Positions 50,201 to 62,100 of a stretch of DNA of 64,000 nt are shown here, in pieces. The notes beneath the pieces are model-generated. The model was given only the letters and a program-made list of their open reading frames with translations. It searched no databases and was not told where the DNA came from. This DNA is from Raillietiella orientalis (lineage: Eukaryota): NCBI GenBank assembly GCA_036172245.1, contig JAYWIR010000033.1, positions 1,798,001-1,862,000 of the forward strand. Direction: 5' to 3'. Made by a program: the position numbers and the translations under genes. Position 1 is the first letter of the stretch. Each line of letters begins with the position of its first letter.

Positions 50201-53200
50201 TCAGCCCGTCAGGACTCCTCCCGGGCTGGGTCTCAGAGCGTGGCGAGGGGTGACGGACGCACGCTCTCCAAGGGACCCCGCCGCCGCCCGCACACGGAGC
50301 TCTGCTTCCGATTCGAAAGGGGGCGCGCGTTTCTGCCCGAAAAGCAAGGGAAAGGGGAAGCGAAGCGCGACGCCGGAACCCTCGCAGCCTCCGCACGCGC
50401 CGGACCCCTAGGGATGCGCTCTTTCTCATTCCGGCCCTAAGCAAGACGGATGCTGCTGCACGGCTGAGAAGCGCTGTCGTCGCCATGCTCTCGAGCGGCG
50501 AGAGAGGAGTGACGGCGCACTCTCAGGCGAGGAATTCATCGTCGTCTCTTTTATCCCATTATCTTCCTCGTCCTCGCCTGCATCCTTCTGCACCTCCCTC
50601 ATTTGCTTCCTCTTTTTGCTCTTCAGCACCATCTTAATCCACTTCCTCCTCCATCCATCCTCTCTTCCTTTCCTTCCCCACTCCTCTTCCTCCTCCTCGG
50701 CGTCGTGATCCGCATCTTTCCTCATCGCCTTCGTTTCCATCTTCCTCCTCCGCCTCGTCCACTTCCTCATAGTGACTTTCTCATCTTCCTGGCCTTCTCG
50801 TCCCACTCCGCCTCCTCCTCGTGCTCACCACCATCGGCATGATCGCCTGCATCCCCTTCCTTGTCTTCGCTTTCGTCTCTTCTGCTCCTTCTGTCCCCCC
50901 TCCCCGTGCTTCCTGTGATCAACGGCTTTCCTCCTGCTCCCCTTCCTCCTCGTGCTCATCTTCAGGGCAACGTGAGCAGGGCTCGCGGGCTCTTCCGGAA
51001 AACTCAGGGTCCCGTTTCAGCTCGAAGGGCGAGGAGATGGGGAGGGAGGTGCGCGCGCGCGTGCTTGCCCGTTTTTCCGGGCAATCCCATTCAGTCCGAA
51101 AGGGAACGTGACAGGAGAACGCCGGGTTCTTCTGGAGAGAGCGGCGGGCGCTATTTTCTTTCTTTCGGCTGCTCTTGGTGTTTCCCTTCCCTCTCCGGCT
51201 TTCTGGCGGAGGGGAAAAAAATAATAACGGCGCGGATCGTTCCCGAAGCGCACTCAGGAACGGGTTCTCCAGGTGGGGTAGGCAGCTGTTCGATAAGTTC
51301 TAAATTTAGGCTCGCTGGGATAGAGAAACACGGGAACTGCTCCACACGTCCGCGCGATCTTCCCGAGTGTCGCCGGGGGCCTCCCTGGCCGCTCTCGTTC
51401 CGGAACAGGAAACGACAGCGTTCCTCTGCCGACCCTCCTCCTGGCTCCGCGTCGCGCGCGCCACCACGGGTGCGCGGCAGTGGCGGCAGCAGGCGATGCG
51501 GTCTCTCTGGGAAAACCCGGGCTGCTCCCTCGGATCTTCTTTCCCGAAAGGAACCGACCTGGAAACGCCCGGGAGACGATTCGCGAGCGTGCTGAAGGAG
51601 GGAGCTCCGCAGAGATGCCGGCATGCTCCCGCGTTGTTAGCAGCAACCGCTCTCCGAACGCCAGGGCGAACTCTGTGGCCAGCGCGCGGCTCTCTCGGGC
51701 AGTGGTACTACCCGTGGGTCGGTGGAGAGTGCTCACGAAGGCCGCGGTCCGCAGCTCGTGGCCCTATTGTGGAAGGAAGCAGCGCCGTCGTCAGTTCTCT
51801 CTGGAAGGGTCATCCCGGTTTCCGGTGAAAGTGGTCCTCTTCCTCACCCAGGGCATTCTTGCGCTTTGCCGACGCCTGCGGTCGGAGGTTCGCCGAGGAC
51901 GGTCTTCCTCCTCCCCGCTGCGGTCCCTGCCGCGCGTCTTCCGCGGTCCTCGCGAACCTGCCAATCGTTTCCCGACCCTCCGCCCTCCCTCCTCCGCCTC
52001 CGTCCCTTTTCCTCCCGCTTTCCTGCTCCTGCTCCGACTTTTCCTCCACCGTCGCTGCTGCTGCCGCGACCGCCCAGTGTTTTCTTTCTCCCGCGTTTCT
52101 TCCTCCTCCTCTCCTCCCATGCTGTCCCCGTGACCGCGTTTGCCACCTTCGGTTGCCGCAGCTGCGTTCGCGGCGCTTCCGCGCGGCTCGTCGTAACCGT
52201 GGCTCCGCCGCTGTCGGCCCGCCCGTCCGTCCGCTCCCCTCCCCCCCCCCTCTCGCCTCTCCCGCGTCTCCCTTTCCGTACCCATCGATCATACAGTCGC
52301 CGTCCAATTTCCCTGCGCTCTCTCTTGGGTTCCCGCCGCCGCCACCGCCGCCGCCGCCGCCGCAACGCGTCGTCTCGAAAGATCGTGCATCAAGCGCCCG
52401 GAATCTCGCGCCCTCGTTCCTTCAAAGCCGTTCCCCTGTTTTTCCACGCTCGCCGCGCGGCGCAGGAAGAGCTGTCATCCTTGTCGTGATAACGCGCGTC
52501 ACGCCATTTTGTCATTTGTTCGTTCCGCCACGAGCGCAGGACGAGCGTTTCCATGTCGGATCGGACGTCGATGCTTCCCTCTAGCGTGATCGCTCCGGCG
52601 ATCGCCTCCGCCCGCTTCTGGGGGAAGGGGGGGAGAGGGGAGCCCGTTCCACCACCCCTCGCCCGCGCAGGCGCCCCCGAACGCGCCTTCGTTTCCTGGC
52701 GTCTGCTGGCTACTCCCGGAGCGGCAGAGGAGCAAGGCGCTCGGGACGAACCGTGGAGCGCGCTTCCTGTAAACGAGCGGCGCCTGTTTATTCCCGCTCC
52801 TCGGGTGAAGAAGACCACCTTCCTCCGCCTTGAAGTGCCCGCCGCCTCCCGGTCTTGCGACGGGAGGGGGAATCCTTCCCCATCCGCTAGCCGCGGCCTT
52901 TCATGCTGCCGACCAGTGTGGGGTGCAGCGCCGGGAAAGGGGAGCCGCGCATGGTAACGGGGAGCCGAAATCACCGGGCGCCTTCAAAGAGCAGGAGGAG
53001 GAGGTCGTGACGGGATTCCTGCGTTCCCGTCGGGTCCCCTCGCAGTAGGTTTCCGCAGGCGGATTCGTCCGGATGAGGAAGAGGAGCGAAAGGATGACCA
53101 TGGCGATCGAGAAAACGAAGGGAAGGAACGTGGAAAAGAGAGAAGGGGAGCACCCCACATGGCGATACATTAAATGCAGCATCGAGAGACGAGGAATCAC

Positions 53201-56200
53201 AAAAAAAGGGAAGCGAACAAAAAAGGGAACCGGAGGATGGGCGGGTGCGCGTGCGTCGTTGCGAAGGTTTCTTCTCCCTCTCTCTCTCTCTCTCTCTCGC
53301 GCGCGCCGCCACCGCCACCGCCGCCGCGTGCGCTCAATCGCTTGCTCGCGCGCGGGGAGCGAAATGACGTGACCGTGGTCGACTGAATGCTGAGCACGCG
53401 GATCAAAGTTCCGCCCGCGTTTCCCTTGGCAGCAGCACCTCGGAGGTTCGGCCATCGCGAGGTGGGAGCCCACGGCCGCGCGCATTCCCCCATTGGAGAG
53501 GCAGCGAACCTGCGGTCCTCGCACCATGACGGTGTCGGCCAATCGCTTCCCGCACGTCAGCGAGGCAGCCGAATGGACGGCAGGAAGGGGAGTCGGAAAT
53601 GCGAGCCACTCGCGCGCGCGCAGACACCTGCGGGCATCTCAAGCAGTCGAGTGGGTGAGCGAGGGAGCAGAGGAAGACCGGGAGAGAGAGGACGGGAAGA
53701 GACGATCCTTCCGACGGCACCCCCGAGCTTCCGACGGCGCCGTTCCTCCTCGAGCGCGTTTTTCTTTCGAGCCCCGCGGGACACGGCGGCGGGGCGAGAC
53801 TTGGCGAAGCGAATGGCTCCGCGAAGGTCAAAAAGTCTTCCTGACGCCACCAACGCGACCCGGGAACCCTCACCCTGGTCAACTGAAGAGCGTACCTTCT
53901 CGTCGATTCCGGCCAAAGAAGAGATTCCTTCCTCCCTCCGACCCCCCAAACGCTTTACACGCGGTCCCTCGGCCGAAAGCAGGAAGCAGCTGCTTCCTCC
54001 GTCCCGGCTTTCATTTCGGGCTGTCCCCCGCGTCCGCGCATAGACTCGAGGTCATTCCGACGAAAGCTCAGACAACGCCGATCGGGACTGCTGCTCCTTT
54101 TTCTCCTGGCTCCGCTAGCATGGGGCTCGGACAGCGACCGCCAGCGGCACGGTCGCTGCTGGCTCTCGAAATCAGGGATCATTGTCCAAATCAGGATCGT
54201 GACCTGAACCGGAGAAACCGCGGTACAGTTCACGCCATCTATGGCTCCAAGCTGCCGGGCAGCGTCATTGCGGCTGCGTTGCCGCTGCCTCGACTGAGGC
54301 CTCGATGTCGTCATGGACCCCACTTGGCAGCGACTGCTCCTTCCCACTTCCAGCCGCCCCGATCTCCGCTTTTCTAGTCGAGTTCCTCCTTCCAAAACAG
54401 GAATTCTTCTCAGGTCAAAAGCACCCTGAAAGGAAAGGAGCCGACAGGTCAAAGTGCGTCGTTTCCTATTCTCCTTAACGAACGGAGAAAGACTCGGAAG
54501 TAGGAGAATGAATGAGAATCGGTACAAAGGTGGCGGGAGCACAGCAGCTTCCCAGCATCACGTGCGGTTCGTCACAGTGACCGCGTCCTCACTGTGAGAA
54601 GCCGTCTGAGACCGGAAAGCGCCCGAAAGAGCAACTGTCCGACATTCGCCCGCCCCAGAGACCGGCGACTGCCCGCGAGGGCGCGCCCGCAGGCTCGCAG
54701 CGGCCCCGAGGAGCGCGTCCTTCCGGACGCCTGGTCGCTTCCCGCGCGAGTACGCCCCGTCTTTTCTGCGCCTCCCATACCGGACGCCGCATCCCCGTGC
54801 TTCCCAGAGCAGGGCGTCTCCGGCCCCCCATTTTCGCAGGTTCCCCCTTTGTGGCCCCCTCTTTCGGCCCTCCGATTTCCTGCAGCGCCGCTGCCGGTCC
54901 TCGCCGTAAAATCCCTGCTTTTTGTCAAAGCTGCGGCTCGATTTGTCCTTTGGCCGTGATGGCCGAGCGTCGCGTCGGAGGACGTTTTATGACGGCAAAG
55001 CCCTGGTGGATTGTCAACGTCATCGTAAAAGGCAGCAAAATAAGAAGAGATAAAGAAAGAGACACGGGGGAGAGGAGCAGAAAGAAGAGACGAAGAGCTT
55101 TACGACGCCCCTACGGAGGTGCTGCCGGCCAATGGGCTGAAGGAAGGGTGCTGTTCGCGCGCGCGCGCGCGCTTCAGTTTTGGGAGCGGCAGTCACGGTA
55201 TCCCGGCGCATCTTATTCCCACGTGCCGCGCGACCTCGCTCGCCCACTCTTCCGCCTTTCGAGAAGAGAGAGGAAGGAAGCGAGGGAGCACGGGGCTCCC
55301 GTGCCCGGCATCTCTGCTCTCAGGGGTCAGGCGTCGGCGGGGATTTCGTGCTCCTTTCTGCCCAGTCCCAGACGGCGGCTGCGACCTGTGCAGGAGCGCG
55401 AGCGTTCTGGAAGGTGTTCCCAACCATCCTCCCAACACGCTGCTGGAAGTGGGTGGGGACCAACGGTGGCGGGAAAAGGGAAGAGGAAGAAGAGGGCCTT
55501 AATTGCCGCCGAAGGTCATCAAGGGGGAAACGCGCTGATCCTCAAATGGCGTCGGCACCTAAAGGTTCCCGTTATTGCACGGTTGCCGTTCAGATTCCTC
55601 CTTTTCTCTCCCTCCCTTCCTCGATCCATTCCTCCTCCTTTTCCCCATCGACGTCTTCATCCTCCTAGCCCCTCCTTCCTGGACGCCTTTCATTCCGACC
55701 TCCAGATTGCGGCTGGAACAATGGAGCAATCCCAGACCTGCCTTCCTAATTAGCGCCGATGGCTTCCCGGATAGTCCATATCCCGCTCCTTTCTCCTTCC
55801 GGTAATTTGCTTCATGCGACTGACCGAACGCGGGATGAGAGGCGGCACATTGAGACGCGCCCGTCCACTCTCGATCCTTCGCCTCTACCTCCTCCTCCCC
55901 CTGCCTGCCGGAAGGCTCCTGGTCTTCGGCGATGGAAGTAGGGCCCGAAGAGGGAAGACAAAGCAATGGGGGGGGGGGAGGGATCACCGTCGTTTCCACC
56001 CCGAGAGGTCAGGGAGATGGAGACGCGCTTCTTCTCAATCAGTTAGCGTAAGGCTTCCATCGTGGAGGGATGTCCCTGACTGAGGGTCAGACTCGAAGAC
56101 AGGCGCTCTGGCGGCGGAACAGAGTCTGGAAGAATCGCGTGGGAATCCGTCTTGTCCTTCCAGTTGCCATAACGACATTCCCATTAGTCCTCCCTGCTTC

Positions 56201-59117
56201 TCCGCGCAGTCAGGTGCTTCCCTAACAGTGGTCCTACCCCCTCCGGTTGCTGCGCCGCCAGCTCCTCTGTCGAAGCACCCAGTGACCGTTCCTCCCCCCC
56301 CCTCCCCACTATCCGCCCCACCAATTTGGAAACCTGAAAAACGTGGAAGGACAGTCATACTGCAGAGAGGGACCGCGTCCATTCCCCTCTGGCGCCTCCT
56401 CCGTCTCCTCTCCCGGAAGTCCCGAGACTCCTCACGAGCAGTGCAAGAGGCGGCGGCAAGGCAGGGAAAGCGACCGCCGCCACCGCTCCCTGCCCTTTAC
56501 TTCCCAATCCCATCTCCCACTTTTCAACTTCTTCACTGCTCCCCTCCTCCCCTTCATTCGCCCTCTCGCCTCATCCGTTCCCGTGTCATTGCCCATCCCT
56601 GCCTCGTCCTCCCTTCCACTTCTCCCCCCTCTTTCCTGGTCGTTGTCATGCCGGTGCACCGCGGGCGGACGGCAGTGTCCTCAAGGAGGCGGTGGAAAAG
56701 AACGTGGCGCTGCATGGCACGGCGGTGGCGGCCGTCTCACAGCTCGTGGCAAAAAAGAATCTCTTCGCTCGCGTGCGCCTGAGCGGCGGACGCCCGGACT
56801 CCTCCTCCTCCTCTCGCCGCCCGCCCTTTGCGGCGGCAGCGACTCTGACCATCGGTTCGGCGCACGGTGGCGATGGCGACGGCGGCTGCGGTGGTCTCGT
56901 CTCCCGCTGTCGTCTCGTCTCCGTGCGCGCCGAAAGCCGTGCGTGGTGTTGGCGGCGGCGGAGGTCCGTTCCGGAAACCTCCGCTCGTGCGCGCGCGAGT
57001 CTTTTCCTCCTCCTCCTCCGCCACCACCACCACCTCCTCCTCCTTACCCTCCCCACGCCCTTCGCCCACGTCCGCCTTTGGCGGTGCGGCGGAAAAGAGC
57101 GGCTCCTCGGTGAGAGGGGAAGCGACGGCTTCCAGCGTGTCCGATTATCCGCAGGAATGTCTTTGTCGGCGGCAGGAGCTGCGCGCGCGCGCGCGCTCGC
57201 CGGAGTCTGTTGCACCGCTGCTGCCCCGCACTCGCAGCGGCGGAACAGGGAACTCGCTTTTTCCCGTTCTTCGGAGAGACCTTAGTACGACCGCGCGGAA
57301 GGGTTCGCCTCCTTCGACCCCCTTCCTTGCCTTCTTTCGCCTTCCGGAAAGACCTCGGAAGAGCGTCCGTCGGCTTTCCGCATCGCCTGAAGGCTTTTGG
57401 GGGGGGGGGGGGGGCTCTCCTCGGAACCCGCGAAGGTTAGGAGGCGACACTCCAGAAACGAATGAAAGGGAAGCTCCCTGTTCGAGTCTGGAAGAGTCGC
57501 ATCGCTCCCCGACCTTCAGAATTCGCCTTGTCCTTCTAGTCGCCGTGGCGGCCTCCCCGTTCGTCTTCGTCGCCTCCCCGACCATGGTCCTGTCCCCTCC
57601 GGTTGCCGTGTCGCCAGAAATTGCAGTTGACAGGCCGCAGCGGCTCGCAGCGACTGGCAAGTTCCGCTGCTCGGCCCCGGCGCCGGAAGTGCGTGCGACG
57701 GGCGGCGGGAGAAGGGGTGGGAAGGCTGGGAGAGTGGATAGGGAGGAGGCTGGGAACGATGATCGAATCACCTTGGACGCGTTGAGGTAGCGAGGGAGGG
57801 AGGACCGTTCCGGCGATGCTGTTGGGTCAGCGCTGCCAATCGGCCGCTGGCCAGAGGCGCTGCTCGCCCTTAGAGGATTTCCTGTTTTCCCCCTGAGAGA
57901 GGTCGATGTGACCTCCCTACGGGGCGGGCCCCATGATTTTTTTTCCGGAGCTGCCGGGCTGCAGCAAACGAGCACTTTGCATAGCGTTTTTTCCCTCGAC
58001 CGCTGGCGTCTCTGCCGTCGCTTCCCTTTCTCCGCGCCACCTGCGCTCCTGAAGAGTAGCCGGCAGCCAGGTGCGGGTCGCATCTCCGGAGTTTTTTGTT
58101 TCCCTCCCCCTCGCTCCCCCCTCTCTGCGCCGAAGGCTGCATCCTCGTCTCCTGCACGACTGAATCTTCCGTCTTCTCCATGGAGTCCAGCAGGTCTCCA
58201 AGCGCTTTCCCCGAAGGAGAAGAGCTGCCAGTTGGTCGTGAGAAGAATGGAAGAGCCACCTAGGAATTGGATAGGGTCAGGGTCGCGCACACTTTCTTCG
58301 GGGAGGAGAGGGCGCAGCATCCGATGGGCGGCATCTACTCCTTCCGTCCCAGGTTTCGTTTTCGCATGGGACAGGCTCGGTTTGGCTCAGGAGCCACTGG
58401 GAAAATGCTACACTGGGAGTTTTCGCTGAGACTTCAGTACGGCTCCCGAGATGGATTGGCATCCGCTCTTGCTGACCTCTTGTCCAGCAGCTTGGCCCGG
58501 GCAGTTGGGGAAAGCAGCGTTTTCGATGCCTCCCATCCGAAAGAGGAACCAAGCGCCGTCATGAAACACTGAGGAGCAGCATCCAGGAAACCACCACTCC
58601 CAAAGCACCCCAGAAGACGAGGCATTGAGGAGTACCTGGAGACGGCGGGATCTCTGTGGCGCGATCACGTCCACACTAAGAGCCGTTGACGGAAAGTGGA
58701 GGGGAAGAAAAAGAGAAAGATAGAAGTGACCACGATGGTAATAATGAGGGGAAGGTATACGATGAAGAGAACGAAATGAAGATGAAGGTGACAAAGGAGA
58801 GGACGCTGAAGATCGAGATGACAGGGATCGCCGAAAGCACAAAGATGCGTCCTTTGAGGTTTCGATGTTCGGGCCGTGCCCCTGGTTGGATGAACTTCCG
58901 CTGCCTTCAGCATTCCCATTCCTTTGTCGCTGGATCGGGCGCCGCTTCTTCTGCCTCCGGGAGCGAGTCATGGGAGAGTGGGAGGGAGGGAGAGGGGAAA
59001 AAAAAAGCACTGCTTTTCATCTTGCCTTTTCTTCCCTCCCCGCCTCTGGATCGAACCAAAACCGTGCTGCAGCCGCCACCGTCATCAGCTCCTGGATCCT
59101 GCGGAAGGACCCCTGCA

Positions 59118-59154
<37 letters not shown>

Positions 59155-62100
59155 CCTTCTCCCCATCTGCACCGGGATGATTGGCATCCGGGCAATCAAT
59201 GCGAGGAAGGCGTGTAATTCCCGGTTGTACCGGATGCCAAGTTAATGACGTTTGCGTGTCGTCGTCGGCTCTGGAAGCGGGAACGAGCGAAGCGTAACCC
59301 ACTTCATGACGTCGTGTTTGAAGAGCGTCCGGGGCAAACCGATGTCCGGAGCACGTAAGCATCACTCTCTCTGGATCGGCAGGGATTTCCTACTTCCCAC
59401 TCCAAGAGGCGGCAGCGGCGCTCCATCCAGTTTTCTGAAGCGAAACTCCTGGATCGGGGAGTGCGCGTGTGCACTTGCCCGTGCACGCGCGCGTGTGTTG
59501 GTACGGTTTGTGGACGTATCTTCATGGCGCCTGCGCCTGCACGCAGTACGAAGGCCGGCAACCCATTTGTGCGGTCCTTCACTCTCCCACGCACCCTGGT
59601 GGGAGCCACCTATCACTTCCGCGGCACGTTTTCCATCCCTATGGCTTTTCCTCCTCCTCCATCCCACCTTATCCTTCCTCCCTCGCCATCTCAACCTGCG
59701 ATGCACCCGCAGCGGAACCTGCGGCTCCACCACGCACTACCGCGGCTACGAAGCATAGCCGTCCGGCGACCCACAACGCGAACGGAGGCCTTCTTTTCTT
59801 TTTTTTTTTATCGAGGTTGGAAACCCTGCGTGCACTTGTTGGTGGAGACCGCGGCGGCGCCGTTCGTCCAGGGGAGGTCCACGGCTTCCCTTTTCCCCTT
59901 CTCCGAGTTCTTTGAGAGTTTCCGGTGTTCGCACGGCCGTGGCAACCCTTTCCCTTCCTCCTCGGCGTCGCGAACGCACCCTGCGCATGGCACCTCACGG
60001 GCCCTTCCCGCCGACCTTGGAGAGAGCTCTCGCTCTCCTTGTCGCGATGCCGCCACCTGCCTGCAGGCACCGTCCCGCCCCTCCGTCGACCCCCCAGGAA
60101 TGGCTCCCTCCGTTCCTTCGCGGTTCCCTGAAGGGCTCTGGAGGGGCTCTCCTTCGGGGCTCGCGCGCCTGCGCGGGAACGAGACGCCCCGTGAGTTTCC
60201 ACCCGCTGTCGCATTTTCGAGAGCGCCCTGAGCTGGCGCCTTCAGTCGCCGCCTTCCGGCTCAGGCAGGAAGTGGCTCCGGAACAATGGAGACGCTCTCG
60301 TCGACCCCGTAAGCGTTTGCCACCAGATGGCGCTCCTTGCCGGAAGCCCTGATCCGTCGTCGCGGCAGGTTCCAGTCCCCGGGGACGCCGGAGTTTCTTT
60401 TTTTTTTTTTTCTCCCTGCGTTTCATCACCTGATGCATTTTTGCTCTTCTTCCACGGTCCACTCCCGCCTACGCTTCCCTTCCCTGAGCTCGTCGGGGCA
60501 CCCTCCTTCCCTCCGCCATCTCCGGCCCCTGCCATTTCGGGTAATGAAATCTGTCGAGGAGCGAAATTGAGCGTTTCGAGCCCTCCGGCGATGGCCGTGT
60601 ACGCAGCCTCCCTCGCGGGCGCGCGCGCGCGCGCGATCGCGCGCGCCCGCGCCCGCTCCTGCCTTCCTCCTCCTCCGCCGCACGCACGCCGCCGCCACCG
60701 CTCCCTCTTCCTTCATCCCTCGCAGATCCGAAGCTGCGCGACTGGAGCTAATAAATTCGAGGGACGACCCGCTCGCCAAGGTGTCCATCGCTCGGGTCGG
60801 TAATAGCAGGTTCGCTGCGTGCCTATTCGACTCGGAGCAGGTCAGCCTGTAGCCGTCGTCCTCTACACGCCTCCGGCGGGGAGCGGGAAATTTTTACCAG
60901 AAGGTGCAGAGAGAGGGAGACGGAGATGAAAGGGAGGAAAAGTGCGCAAAGAGGGAAAACATTCTCTCAAGGATGGGAGACGTTGAGGGCGACGGCAATG
61001 ACGACTGGTGGACTTCTTCCTCCGGACCGCGTCAACGGGAAAGGGACTTCCGGGAAGAAGAGTGCTTTCAAAGCCAAAGCAGCAACAGCGGCTGCACCCT
61101 GGGGAGATCACCCCGGGACGCACCGGCGCCAGCCGCCTGGGTCACGAGGGCCAGAAGACAGGGGAAGAAAGCGGGGGAGGGAGAGCCGTTCTCGCTGACG
61201 TGAGCAACAGCGAGAACCCTTTTCACTTCGGTCGGGGCGAACGCCATCTTTGGCGCCGCATCGCAAGCGTTGGCGCACACGCCGGCGCCCCAATCCTCCC
61301 TCTTCCTGCTTCCTCGTCGTCGACCTACCTTCGGTTGGTCCGCCGCCGCGGGGCTTCAGGCCAGCGAGAGAAGAGGAAGGCGGACCACGGGAAAAGCGGC
61401 GGCGCGCGCGCTTCCCTCCCGAGCCTCCCGCGCCGTCTCTGGCGGTGTATCCCCCCTCCGGGAGCACGGAGCCGCCGCCCTGCCAGCAGCTCTTTTTTGG
61501 CCGCCGGGCGACTTCCCTTCTCCGAGCCGGAGAGAGGACGGGGAAGGAGGGTGGGGAAAGGATTGCCTCCCTTCGTTCTTTGTTTCCCGTTTCTTTTCCT
61601 CTTCATGTTTTGTTTTTTTTTTTTTCCTTTTTTTGCACGGTCGCCCTCTGCGACCCTTTTCCGCCTGCCCGTCGTTCGAGACGAAAAGGCGGGAGGGGGG
61701 GGATGGCCTGGGGAGAGGTGACCTTTTATCGAGGAACGCCTGGTCGCACGCGCGCCGAGCACGCGATCGGGGGCTTCCCGCAACCCGGAGGCAGTTGTTT
61801 TGCTCTTCCCAGCGTCGTCGCCGGTCTCTCCCCCTGGGACCGTTGGCCACGCGGGCGCAGGAGGCCGTGTCTCCCGGGGCGAAGACGGAGCGAGTCGCCC
61901 GCGGCGGCGCCCTGCTACGGCGGACCCCCTGCGTCGGTGACTGCTGCCGTCGCGGCGAGTAGCGCCCCCTCGCGAGCGGCCCCTGTCGCCATCTCCGAAG
62001 GAGCGCAGCCGGTGGCCGGGGGTGTCCATCGTTCGGGTCGGCCAACAGCAGGTTCCCCTCCCTTGCCGCGCGGCGCGCTGCTGCTGCGCGTGCCTGGCTT

